A DNA stretch of 64,000 nucleotides from an uncultured bacterium (GCA_963997925.1 CAXEOX010000001.1:16536-80535); one strand, 5' to 3'. Shown: positions 43,238 to 52,438, counted from the stretch's first letter. A program made the numbers and translations. Notes: generated from the letters alone by a model not told the origin.

Positions 43238-44614
43238 ATGACCACCGTCATCAAGAACGCAACCATCGTGACTGGGGACAGCGGCAGGACCATCTTATAC
43301 GACTCTGCCATTGCAATCGATGGGGACAGAATAGTCGGGATCGGCCTAACTCCGGAGGTAGTGGCCGCTCATCCCAACGCCAAGCAGATAGAAGGCTCCG
43401 GTAAGGCGGTGTTCCCTGGGCTGGTCAACTGCCATACCCACCTCCTAGCTTCCAACGACCGGGGCATCTTGGAGGATTGGGGGTTCCCGACTACGCTGAA
43501 GTTTCCCGCTTCGGCCCGCTCCTTGCTGTCCCAAGAGGAACGGCAGTTGATGGCGACGCTGGGCGTTCTGGAAGCTATCCGCAGCGGAACCACCACTTTG
43601 CTGGAGGTCCAGGCTGAGGTGTCGGACTATGCGGAGCACCTGGAAAAGACGGGATTGCGCTTCGTGTTGGCAGACACCGTAAACGACATCGACGAATCGG
43701 CCGGTCCGGCTGGTTCATCGTCGGCCCAGGGATCTCTCGGGGACCGTGGTCTGCAGAGGTGCGCCGACTTGATCGAAAGCTGGCATGGCAAGGGCGATGG
43801 GCGTATCTCCTGTTTCGTCGCTCCCCACGCTCCGGAGACGGTGTCGCCGGGACTGCTTCGTCAGAGCCGGGAGATGGCGGAGAGCTACGATGTAGGCTAC
43901 ACCATCCACTTGTCGCAAAGCCCCAACGAGATTGAGTCGGTGATGCGGGCCAGGGGTGTGCCTCCGACTCACTATCTATTCGCCAACGACTTTCTGGGGC
44001 CCCGGTTGGTGCTGGCCCATTGCCGCTACGTGAACTCAGCGGAAATCGCGTTGCTGGGACAAGCAGGTTGCGGGGTGTCTAACAACGCCGCCATCGCCGC
44101 CCGGCGGGGAGCGGCCGCGCCGGTGAAGGAACTGCTGGCAGCGGGGTGCGGCATGGGTATGGGCACGGATAACATGTCCGAGGACATGGTGGAAGTAATG
44201 CGGGCGGGACTATTCCTGGAACGGGTGCGCCGCAACGACCAGATGGACCCTCAGCCGGAAGACGTGCTTGAATGGGCCAGCCGTGGCGGAGCCCAGATCC
44301 TAGGACTTGGTCAGGAGACCGGCAGCCTGGAGGTAGGCAAGAAAGCGGACCTGTTCATGATAAACATGATGCGCCCCCACCTGGTGCCCACGCTGCGCAT
44401 CGTATCTGGCTTCGTCCACAACGGCCAGCCGTCCGACGTTCAGTCGGTTATGGTTGATGGACGCTGGCTGATGCAAGACGGCAAGGTCTTGACCATCGAC
44501 GAAGACGACATCGTCCATCGCGCCGAGCAAACGGCCCACGACGTGTGGCAGCGGCTTCTGAAGAAGTACCCCAACGTGCCCTTCCCAGTCTCATTGCCGC
44601 CCCAGCGAAACTAA
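43238..44614 (+). CDS. Amidohydrolase family protein (aminohydrolase/chlorohydrolase, TRZ-ATZ-like)
   Basis: It has AVFPGLVNCHTHLL, ...YTIHLSQS... and ...GMGTDNMSEDM.... Confidence 0.8.
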   Translation: MTTVIKNATIVTGDSGRTILYDSAIAIDGDRIVGIGLTPEVVAAHPNAKQIEGSGKAVFPGLVNCHTHLLASNDRGILEDWGFPTTLKFPASARSLLSQEERQLMATLGVLEAIRSGTTTLLEVQAEVSDYAEHLEKTGLRFVLADTVNDIDESAGPAGSSSAQGSLGDRGLQRCADLIESWHGKGDGRISCFVAPHAPETVSPGLLRQSREMAESYDVGYTIHLSQSPNEIESVMRARGVPPTHYLFANDFLGPRLVLAHCRYVNSAEIALLGQAGCGVSNNAAIAARRGAAAPVKELLAAGCGMGMGTDNMSEDMVEVMRAGLFLERVRRNDQMDPQPEDVLEWASRGGAQILGLGQETGSLEVGKKADLFMINMMRPHLVPTLRIVSGFVHNGQPSDVQSVMVDGRWLMQDGKVLTIDEDDIVHRAEQTAHDVWQRLLKKYPNVPFPVSLPPQRN

Positions 44615-44710
44615 CGGCGGACAAGCAACGCCTCAGACCAAGGCTTGCACAAGGGGCTGTTGTGTAGGAGGATAATCCGGTCGATCGACATACTCTGAGA
44701 GGTACAACAA

Positions 44711-45793
44711 ATGAAAATCACCAGCGTGGAGTGCTTGATTCTTGACCGTGCCAATCCCTTCGTCAGGGTATATACCGACGAGGGAATCACGGGAATCGGT
44801 GAATGCTTCCGCCGCCAGCCTCAGGTGATTAAGACATTGGTCGAGCACATACTGACCCCGGCGCTGGTTGGTAAGGACCCATTGGACAATGAGCTCCGTT
44901 GGCGGGACATGTACCGTGCCGGTTCAGCATCCGACATGGGCGGTGCGGTCTACTGTGCCATCGCTGGCTTGGACATCGCCCTCTGGGACATCAAGGGTAA
45001 AGCCTTGGGAATGCCCATACACAAGCTGTTGGGGGGCAAGCTCAAAGACAAAATCAGGATGTATGCCAGTTCCCTACGCCGGGACTTGTCCCCTAGCGAA
45101 GAGGCCCGGCGCGCTGCGTCTTTCGTTGAGCAGGGGTTTACGGGGTACAAACTGCACAGCGCGGTCCCAGGGGAGATGGACGACCCCGCCGACCAGACTA
45201 TCGAAACGGTGCGGGCGGTCAGGGCCGCCGTTGGAGACAACATCGATATATTGGTAGACGTGAACGGAGCATTCACGACCCATCATGCACTGGAGATTGG
45301 GAGGGCATTGGAAAACCTGGGAGTATTCCACTTTGAAGAGCCCCGGCCCCACTTCGACCTGCCAGGACTGGCCACGGTCGCCGACACGCTGGACATACCC
45401 ATCGCCTCGGGAGAAATGATTTACACTCACCAGCAATACAGGGACCTGATTCTCCAGGGGCACGTGGACATCTTGCAGCCAGACATCGTTAAGGTGCCTG
45501 GATTCACAGAGTTCCAGAAGATTGCCGCTCTAGCGTCGGCCTTCGGTAAACCCATCACAGTACACAACACCCAACCCACCATCAGCACTGTCGCTCATCT
45601 ACACGTCTGCGCCGTCTACGCCAACATACCCTACGCCCAGGAGTACAATATCGAACCTCTGAGCATCCGTGACGAATGGCCCATCTTAAAAGAGCCTCTA
45701 CAAGTGATAGACGGGTATTTGAAGGTGCCCGACGGCCCGGGATTGGGAGTGGAGTTTGATGAGGATGTTGTGAAGAGGCTTGCTGCGGCGTAG
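44711..45793 (+). CDS. Enolase-superfamily enzyme (mandelate racemase / muconate lactonizing / acid-sugar dehydratase-like)
   Basis: MKITSVECLIL...VRVYTDEGITGIGEC...IALWDIKGKALGMPIHKLLGG...ILVDVNGAF...FEEP...GE...QPD. Confidence 0.85.
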   Translation: MKITSVECLILDRANPFVRVYTDEGITGIGECFRRQPQVIKTLVEHILTPALVGKDPLDNELRWRDMYRAGSASDMGGAVYCAIAGLDIALWDIKGKALGMPIHKLLGGKLKDKIRMYASSLRRDLSPSEEARRAASFVEQGFTGYKLHSAVPGEMDDPADQTIETVRAVRAAVGDNIDILVDVNGAFTTHHALEIGRALENLGVFHFEEPRPHFDLPGLATVADTLDIPIASGEMIYTHQQYRDLILQGHVDILQPDIVKVPGFTEFQKIAALASAFGKPITVHNTQPTISTVAHLHVCAVYANIPYAQEYNIEPLSIRDEWPILKEPLQVIDGYLKVPDGPGLGVEFDEDVVKRLAAA

Positions 45794-45831
45794 GCGAGTC
45801 TAGAGTTGAGGGCCTTGGTTTTAAGGCGATA

Positions 45832-45866
45832 CGGGAAATCCCCCTGCCCCCCTTTAACAAAGGGGG
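45832..45866. repeat. Family-4 repeat, inverted orientation
   Basis: GGGAAATCCCCC is followed by CCCCCCTTT-AAC-AAAGGGGGG. The reverse complement aligns with 39694-39729. Confidence 0.55.
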
Positions 45867-45893
45867 GTTGGAGGAATCTGGTTGCGCTGAGGG

Positions 45894-46292
45894 TTAGACC
45901 AATACGCCGAACCCGGAGACGGTGCATAGCTCGATGCGGTTGCCGTCGGGATCGTCTAGGTAGCAGGCCCTCTGGCCGTCGTTCCGAGTTTGGATCTCGG
46001 TGACTTCGATACCCGCTCCCATGACTGCGTCGCGGGCTGCATCAAGATCATCGACCTCGAAGGCTGTGTGGTGGGACGGCGCCGATGGGGCGAGGACGTT
46101 TTCGATGATGTGGACCATGGCTCCGCTGGGTAGTTGGAGCCAGTAGAGATGGTCGCCGTTGACCATCTTCGGGATCTGTTTCAGCCCCAATATCTCCTGG
46201 TACCATTTCAACGCAGCGTCTTTGTTCCTTACGTTGTAGGTTATGTGGTTGATGTTCTTTAGCCTGACGTTGTCGTTCCCCAATACTGACAT
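45894..46292 (-). CDS. VOC family protein (glyoxalase-like)
   Basis: INHITYNVRNKDAALKWYQEILGL...HHTAFEVDD...YLDDPDGNRIEL. The RBS is AGGAGAGAG. Confidence 0.75.
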   Translation of the reverse strand: MSVLGNDNVRLKNINHITYNVRNKDAALKWYQEILGLKQIPKMVNGDHLYWLQLPSGAMVHIIENVLAPSAPSHHTAFEVDDLDAARDAVMGAGIEVTEIQTRNDGQRACYLDDPDGNRIELCTVSGFGVLV

Positions 46293-46386
46293 TACTCTCT
46301 CCTGTCATCACCGCATTCGGTGGAGTCGCCCCATAATAACAGGCTTACCACCGAAAAGAGAATCCCAGGGGCAATCTGTCCCAAAG

Positions 46387-47988
46387 TCAGCTAATCACGT
46401 CGGCTATTCGCTCCCCAATCATCAAGACCGTGGGGTTGATGGGTGCCCGCACCAGGTCGGGCATGATGGATGCGTCGACGATGCGCAGGCCTTCCAAGCC
46501 GTGGACCTTCCCGTATTGATCGGTGACTGCCATCGGGTCACTGACCGGTCCCATCTTGCAGGTGCAGGAGATATGGGAGTAGGTGTGGGCTTCCCGCATC
46601 ATCCACCGGTCCAGGGCGTCATCCGACGCTAGGTCAGTGTCCGTTGGCTCCATCCTTTCGCCTATAACGTCAGCGAGTCGAGGATTTTCGGCCAACTTGA
46701 GACACAGTCTGACCGCTTCACGCATCCTTTCTCGATCAAATGACTCGGATAGGTAATTGTAGTCCAGGTGTGGCTGAACGGTCGGGTCTGTGGAAGTAAG
46801 AGTGAGTTGGCCCGAACTTACCGGCAGCAGCAGCCCCACCATCATCTCGACCCGCCGATCGGATAGGTCGCTACCATCTCCCTGGTAAGTCGTGTATTCA
46901 GACGGATGGAGCCGTGGCGTAACGAAAGCCCCAAAGCTGATGCCCAAGTCGTTCCTCAGGTGGGAGCCAGTCCCAGTAAAGCGAAAGGCCACTCCACCTC
47001 GGGCCGCTCTCTCTTCTACTGGACACCCTTCCTTAACACTCCAGGTGACGTACAGCTTGGGATGGTCACGCAGGTTCTGACCCACGCCCGGCAGGTCTAA
47101 GACCACCGGGATATCCAGGCTGCTAAGGTGCTCCGCCGGGCCGATTCCCGAAAGCATAAGAATTTGGGGTGAGAAAACGGCCCCGGCGCTGAGAATGACT
47201 TGGTCCGCTTCCACGACGAAAACATCGCCGCCACTTTCCACCTCGACACCAGTGACTCGTCGGCCTTCCAAAACAAGGCGGCGGGCGGCGCAATTAGCGC
47301 GGATTGTCAGGTTCAGACGGTGACGTCCCTGGCTCAGGTATCCCAGTGACGTGCTGAAGCGGACCCGGTTGTGGTTGTTGCTTATAGAAGGGCCAACGCC
47401 CTCGGAGCCCGGCTCGTTATGGTCCTGGGTCTCCGGGAACCCAGCGTCCACTATGGCGTCGTAGAATGCTGTTTGGGCGGAGTGCCACTGCTCACGGTTT
47501 GAATGGTGCACGAAGATGGGGCCGTCGTTGCCGTGGTGTTCATCCTGGCGGTCAACGTCGGTTTCCAACCGGCGGAAGTAGGACAGCACCTTGTCGAAAC
47601 CCCACTCATCATTGCCCATGCCAGCCCAGGCTTGGAAATCGTCGGGGATGCCCCGGTAGAAAGCCGAGGAATTGATGGCGCTGGAACCGCCGGTGACCTT
47701 TCCCCTGGGTACGGCCATGTTGGGGGCAAGTTCGGTGGCCCGGCCCACTAGTTGCCAGTTGTGGGCGCTGGATGCCAGGGCCACGGGATGGCCGCCCGGA
47801 GTCCGCATCGGAGGGACGCCGGTGCCGGTGTCGAAGCCGAACTTTACTTCGTCGGGAAGATGCTCAAAGTCAGGATAGTCCGGTCCGGCTTCCAAGAGAA
47901 GGACGGACCGTTGAGAGTCTTCCGAGAGCCGGCTGGCCAGGATCGCCCCGGCGGACCCGGCTCCGACGATGATTACGTCATACTTCAC
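46387..47988 (-). CDS. GMC-family FAD-dependent oxidoreductase (choline dehydrogenase-like)
   Basis: It has YDVIIVGAGSAGAILASRLSED, ...GGSSAINS..., and the C-terminal ...HISCTCKMG...VHGLEGLRIVDASIMP.... I chose the GTG at 47988, 7 nt after GGAGG; the track start at 48030 adds 14 unsupported residues. Confidence 0.9.
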   Translation of the reverse strand: MKYDVIIVGAGSAGAILASRLSEDSQRSVLLLEAGPDYPDFEHLPDEVKFGFDTGTGVPPMRTPGGHPVALASSAHNWQLVGRATELAPNMAVPRGKVTGGSSAINSSAFYRGIPDDFQAWAGMGNDEWGFDKVLSYFRRLETDVDRQDEHHGNDGPIFVHHSNREQWHSAQTAFYDAIVDAGFPETQDHNEPGSEGVGPSISNNHNRVRFSTSLGYLSQGRHRLNLTIRANCAARRLVLEGRRVTGVEVESGGDVFVVEADQVILSAGAVFSPQILMLSGIGPAEHLSSLDIPVVLDLPGVGQNLRDHPKLYVTWSVKEGCPVEERAARGGVAFRFTGTGSHLRNDLGISFGAFVTPRLHPSEYTTYQGDGSDLSDRRVEMMVGLLLPVSSGQLTLTSTDPTVQPHLDYNYLSESFDRERMREAVRLCLKLAENPRLADVIGERMEPTDTDLASDDALDRWMMREAHTYSHISCTCKMGPVSDPMAVTDQYGKVHGLEGLRIVDASIMPDLVRAPINPTVLMIGERIADVIS

Positions 47989-48084
47989 GTTTGCGCCTCC
48001 TGGTTTAAGACCAAGCGCATTGTATCCCAATCAACACCGGAGCTCGCTCGGGTTGGGTCCCCTCCGGTGTCCAGTTTCAATCAC

Positions 48085-48300
48085 CCGACGAACAGGGCCC
48101 ACTGCTCACGCCCATCCTATGCGCCGGACATCCCTTATTGACCTGCCAGGTGACGTACAGTTTATGATGGTCCCGCCGCCTTAGGCCCACACTCGGCAAT
48201 TCCAAGAACACCGGGATTCTCAAGCTGGTTAGGTGTCCCACCAGACCGAATTCCCGATAGTATTACAGTCGGGGCACGGCGCGCAGGAGGTTGACCCTTA
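48085..48300 (-). pseudogene. Degenerate fragment of a second GMC oxidoreductase gene
   Basis: The DNA at 48146-48290 aligns by eye with 47041-47190 of the intact gene (for example CCAGGTGACGTACAG shared). The translated pieces APTVILSGI / EFGLVGHLTSLRIPVFLELPSVG..RDHHKLYVTWQVNKGCP parallel SPQILMLSGIGPAEHLSSLDIPVVLDLPGVGQNLRDHPKLYVTWSVKEGCP, but they lie in two frames and cover only about 70 of about 530 residues. Confidence 0.55.
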
Positions 48301-48548
48301 CTGCTGGCTGAACAAACCTTGGGGACATGGAGTAGCAGCCATCGCTCCCGACGCGGCGACAAAACTCCCGACCGGTGCCAGCATGCAGGTGTTCGCTCCC
48401 GCCGTTGGGCTGAACGTCCCAGAGGACAAGACTGAAAGATGAGCGCCTTCGCTGAAGATGCGCAGTTACGTGAAGAAAAGCGGCGGGGTAGCTTTAGATT
48501 CGCTAAGGGAATCGTTCTGAAAATACCGTGACGTCAGCTTAGAAAGAT

Positions 48549-49055
48549 CTACCTGCCCTTGGTTCGTATCTCGTTGAACACTCCGAGGCAAGTGGCAACG
48601 GCGATTCCTCCGATAGCTGCCCCCCAGTGGCTGTTGTTTACTATAGTGGCCCGCTGCCCCATGTAGGTGGCTTCGATGTTTTGCCCGTATTCCGCTCCGA
48701 GGTACGTACCCACTATCCCTCCCAATACTGCCAGAAGAACGGAAGCACCAAGTAGATACCAGCGGCTGGTTAGATTCATCCATGCCACGTACGCGCCCAA
48801 ACCCGCACCCAATCCGATGCCAACCAGATAGATGTTTAGATGCACATTCCCATCCCACGCGTATCCAACCAACTGATTAAAGTTTCTTGCCATCCAGCCA
48901 CCCATAATGGCCAGAAACCCCCTATGCAAAAGCCTATGATTGTCCGAAAAATCGGAAGCATCCAGAAGTAGATCCCACCGTCTATCATATAAACCCTTCA
49001 GCGCCCCCGCACGGTCTTTTGGCCAATGCCATACTCTAGACCTGTGCCGGTTCAA
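48549..49055 (-). CDS. Hypothetical membrane protein with glycine-zipper-like TM helices
   Basis: The candidate TM segments are YLVGIGLGAGLGAYVAW, LLGASVLLAVLGGIVGTYLGA and WGAAIGGIAVATCLGV. The TTG start has uncertain boundaries. Confidence 0.4.
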   Translation of the reverse strand: MNRHRSRVWHWPKDRAGALKGLYDRRWDLLLDASDFSDNHRLLHRGFLAIMGGWMARNFNQLVGYAWDGNVHLNIYLVGIGLGAGLGAYVAWMNLTSRWYLLGASVLLAVLGGIVGTYLGAEYGQNIEATYMGQRATIVNNSHWGAAIGGIAVATCLGVFNEIRTKGR

Positions 49056-49245
49056 AATGCGATATTAAAATAACGGTTGTAGCTATGAAGCTGACTGTAG
49101 GCGGCACCTGGACCTCTACCGGTGTGGTAGGGGCCGGGGCTGAAGTCGGTTGCTCTGATCCACCGCAGGCGACCAGCGCCACGGTCAACAGAGCAATCAG
49201 GCCGATAGCCCAACGCCCAGGATGGAGTTTCATCGAAGATCCCAT
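49036..49245 (-). CDS. Small putative lipoprotein
   Basis: MKLHPGRWAIGLIALLTVALVAC-GGSEQP contains a lipobox-like LVAC and is followed by a Pro/Thr-rich stretch. It overlaps the next ORF by 20 nt. Confidence 0.4.
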   Translation of the reverse strand: MGSSMKLHPGRWAIGLIALLTVALVACGGSEQPTSAPAPTTPVEVQVPPTVSFIATTVILISHFEPAQV

Positions 49246-49567
49246 ATCAGGTTACTCGCCTCCACATCGACAATAATACTAGATACATAACCCTATTCTC
49301 ACTTTGGGGATAGGGCCGACTGGGAATACATCACATGGAAAGATGCTGTCAAGCAAGAATAATAGGAATTCGAAATCTATATGCCGAATATTGATCATAC
49401 TATAGCATAATACAACGAATAATAGTCATATATATCAATTAATAGACAGAACTCTATAACCTATAGCGATTCAATAAATAGTGCGCTAACAACAACTCAA
49501 GTCGTTTAATGGTGATTCGTAGTCAAAGCAGTATCAGTGAACTATATGGGCCATCCCTCAAGCAGGT

Positions 49568-50059
49568 TCACCGATCCTTCCCATTACGACTTGAACCACC
49601 AAATCCGAACCATCCTCTACGACGCTCCGGTCGCTTGAGATTGGCATCGGAAACTTTGTTCAGGAGATCGCCGACATAGAAGTAGCGGAAATCATAGCCC
49701 AGCAACGTGTCCAGCGCACCCCAGAGGGTGTAGAGGAAAGCGAGGAAGCCAGCGAGACCAAACACTAATGGAAGACGGGGCGCTACGGAGGTATAAATCA
49801 TCCCGACAGCCATCAGCAGGATGAATCCCTGGACCACGGTAGCCTGCATGGCCTGGAATGATCCCCAGGCCATTCTCCGGCGCCGGAACGACCGGGAAAT
49901 CATGTATGCGGCCAACGGGCAGGGAGCGAGGAATAGGGGGAATTCGTGGAGGAAAACGGTTAACGGAATGCCGATGAGCAAGGTGCTGCCATGGGCGATA
50001 GCCCCGCCCAACCGCTCAACCTTAGAGAAAGGTGCGTCTTCACTTTCCGGTTCGTTCAA
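49568..50059 (-). CDS. DUF4870-like small membrane protein
   Basis: ERLGGAIAHGSTLL...FQAMQATVVQ...GYDFRYFYVG resembles the DUF4870 pattern (E..a.laH...; ..AlnFqi..; G..yrYP). The TTG start lies 7 nt after GGGAGG. Confidence 0.5.
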   Translation of the reverse strand: MNEPESEDAPFSKVERLGGAIAHGSTLLIGIPLTVFLHEFPLFLAPCPLAAYMISRSFRRRRMAWGSFQAMQATVVQGFILLMAVGMIYTSVAPRLPLVFGLAGFLAFLYTLWGALDTLLGYDFRYFYVGDLLNKVSDANLKRPERRRGWFGFGGSSRNGKDR

Positions 50060-50158
50060 TGGCCAGCCTCCCAGGGCGGCAGGCGGAATGACCTGCGATG
50101 AAGTGGAGGATAGAGCCGGCGGGCAGGTTACTCAACCGTTAGATGGCCAGCCAAAAGT

Positions 50159-52438
50159 TTACTCGATGATGCCAACTTGTTCGAGTGCGGCTTGACCGCT
50201 CTCAGACAGCTCCAGTCCTTGAGACAACCCGGCCTCATACATGCTCTGGATGGCTGCCATGCGGCCGGCGCTAGGACGCCGTCCTTCTCCCAAACGGGCA
50301 ACCAACTCCGGCAAGGTATTGTAGGCTTGATCGACGTGCCAGTAGAAAGACAACAGCCAGGCCAGTTCGCGCTCCTCGATCGGAGACGGGATATCCGCCA
50401 TATCGATTATCGCGTCTTGCACCTTGGTGTACCTTAGTATCCCGGCTTTATCCTGGGAGTCGCGGCTGTAGTACCGCCTTCGGCTCAACTCCCGCATACG
50501 GGCGGCGTAGTCGTCCTCACCGTATATCTCTTTGGGGATCCATCCTTCACGAAGGTCCAAGACAGTTTCGCCTTGGGCATTCACAACCGCAACCGCGATG
50601 TCAGAACCCAATGTTTCGTCATGCTCGAATATCACGGCTTCCCGCAGCAAGGCCTCTTGTAACAGTAGGGTCAGTTCTCTGGGAATCTTCCGGTACTTCG
50701 CGCCGCTGGCCTCGTCGTTGGAGTCGGCGCCCACGCCACCGGTATTGAATACGTAATACTCTTGACCCATTCCCCCCTTTTCTATCTCCCGGAGAATGTT
50801 GTGCAACAGACTGGCGTTGTCGTCCTCCAGGCCGATGATGAAGGGGTCAGAGAAATACTCCACATAGGGGCGGCCGATGGCCCCCACCGCCGCGCCCATC
50901 TGAACGGCTTCTCCGTACATCAGAACGCGGATGTATTGCTCCATGTTCAATCGCCGCAGCGGCGGAATCACGGTGTTCTGACGCATCACCGCCTGCCAAA
51001 ATATCCGGTCCGTGTTCTCCATGGGGACGTGGACCGAGTCACTCAGGCCACCCTCAGTGATGGTTTCAATCAGATGCTGGGCATTCTTTCGGGCGATAAG
51101 CCGGGGCCGCGACAGGGTCACCCTCATGTTGCGGACGGGATTCAGCAGGTAGTTGGGAGTGGCTTCTTGGACGTTGACGGGCACGTTTTCCAAGGTCTCC
51201 TGGTCATTGGGAACTTCCTTGGTGCCACGGACGGCCTCAAAGGTTATCGGGTCTTCTTCCTGGTTCAGACCGAAAGGCATGGCATAAAAATTGTTTTCCG
51301 TCCCGTCGATGCCATGAGTGATTCGGACTTTCTTCCCTTGGCGGTCAACGTCTACCAGTTGGGCAAGGGGCTGGAGCAGGACGATGTCGTCATTCATCGG
51401 ATAGACACCTTCTTCAGGGTCTTCCGACAGTCCCAGCTTTTGGGCCAATTCACTTTTCGCCAACTCAATCATGATGGTCAGGGTGCTCTTGCCGTGCAAA
51501 GACGGCCCCACTGTGATAACCGCAGTGTTCTTTACTGCGTTGGTCAAGGTCTTAACCCGGGCCATGCTGAGAGCGGCCTGTATGGCCAGACCCTGCTTCT
51601 GCTTGACCAAGAACATGGCGATGGACAGTGGGCCCATCTTGTGCTCGCCCACATAGTCGAATCCCAGATGGAGTGAAAGACCCTTGGTGGGAGCTTTGAA
51701 GACCAGCTTGGTCAGTCCAGATTCATTGATGCGGGCTTTCAGGTCGTCGGGCAGACCCAAGTCTTCCAACCAGTGGGGGATGGAGACTTCTAATATGTGC
51801 GGCTTGCCGGTATGTTCCGCCTGGGGGAGCTCAAAGGTGAGCTGCCGCCACATGAGAGGAATCTGCACGTAACGAGTGCCAAACAGCAATTGTCGGGCAT
51901 GGAACGAACGCCCTGGAGCGTCACAGATCTGACGATCGGACTGGACAATGGTTTTCCCTGCCGAAAATTGCTCGGCCATGTATCTATTTATGTAGGTGAA
52001 CACCTCGGCGAAAAGACTCTGAGAGTCTTCATTAAAAGCCAAGGCGTCGCGGTTCTTGGGAAAGCCGTCGATGAAATACTGGGTAAGATCGGGACGCCTA
52101 ACCACGCCCAGCTGGCTGAAAAAAGCCAGTCCGCCACTGTCCAACCGAACAACCACTTCCGGCCAAGCTCTGGTAGCTGCTCTGCCAGCGGCGTTTGCTT
52201 CTTCGGCTTCCTTATCCAACTGACTGGCTTCAGCTAATATCTTAGCCCTTTCCGCTTCAGGCAAGTCCTGTAGAACGGACATATGGCCGAACAACCAATC
52301 ATTGGGCGGGTTGAAATACTGGCTATCTGTCTTCTGGCCGCTTGAGGCCAATCCTACCAACTGGTCTAACTCTTTCAGGAAATCCGGGTTGACTGCCGGA
52401 GCGGCCAGAGGACTCTGCTGCTGGCGCTCCGAACTCAT
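50159..52438 (-). CDS. Divergent ATP-type phosphoenolpyruvate-carboxykinase-like protein (759 aa)
   Basis: The ordered blocks DYVGEHKMGPLSIAMFLV, VGPSLHGKSTLT (P-loop), MNDDIVLL, NNFYAMPFGL, TLENVPV, VRNMRVTL, YYVFNTGGVG and IPRELTLLLQEALL parallel the PckA blocks GEMKKGxFS, GLSGTGKTTLS, GDDEHGW, GGCYAK, LENV, ENTR, LVNTGWxGG and TRAIIxAIL. Confidence 0.6.
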   Translation of the reverse strand: MSSERQQQSPLAAPAVNPDFLKELDQLVGLASSGQKTDSQYFNPPNDWLFGHMSVLQDLPEAERAKILAEASQLDKEAEEANAAGRAATRAWPEVVVRLDSGGLAFFSQLGVVRRPDLTQYFIDGFPKNRDALAFNEDSQSLFAEVFTYINRYMAEQFSAGKTIVQSDRQICDAPGRSFHARQLLFGTRYVQIPLMWRQLTFELPQAEHTGKPHILEVSIPHWLEDLGLPDDLKARINESGLTKLVFKAPTKGLSLHLGFDYVGEHKMGPLSIAMFLVKQKQGLAIQAALSMARVKTLTNAVKNTAVITVGPSLHGKSTLTIMIELAKSELAQKLGLSEDPEEGVYPMNDDIVLLQPLAQLVDVDRQGKKVRITHGIDGTENNFYAMPFGLNQEEDPITFEAVRGTKEVPNDQETLENVPVNVQEATPNYLLNPVRNMRVTLSRPRLIARKNAQHLIETITEGGLSDSVHVPMENTDRIFWQAVMRQNTVIPPLRRLNMEQYIRVLMYGEAVQMGAAVGAIGRPYVEYFSDPFIIGLEDDNASLLHNILREIEKGGMGQEYYVFNTGGVGADSNDEASGAKYRKIPRELTLLLQEALLREAVIFEHDETLGSDIAVAVVNAQGETVLDLREGWIPKEIYGEDDYAARMRELSRRRYYSRDSQDKAGILRYTKVQDAIIDMADIPSPIEERELAWLLSFYWHVDQAYNTLPELVARLGEGRRPSAGRMAAIQSMYEAGLSQGLELSESGQAALEQVGIIE

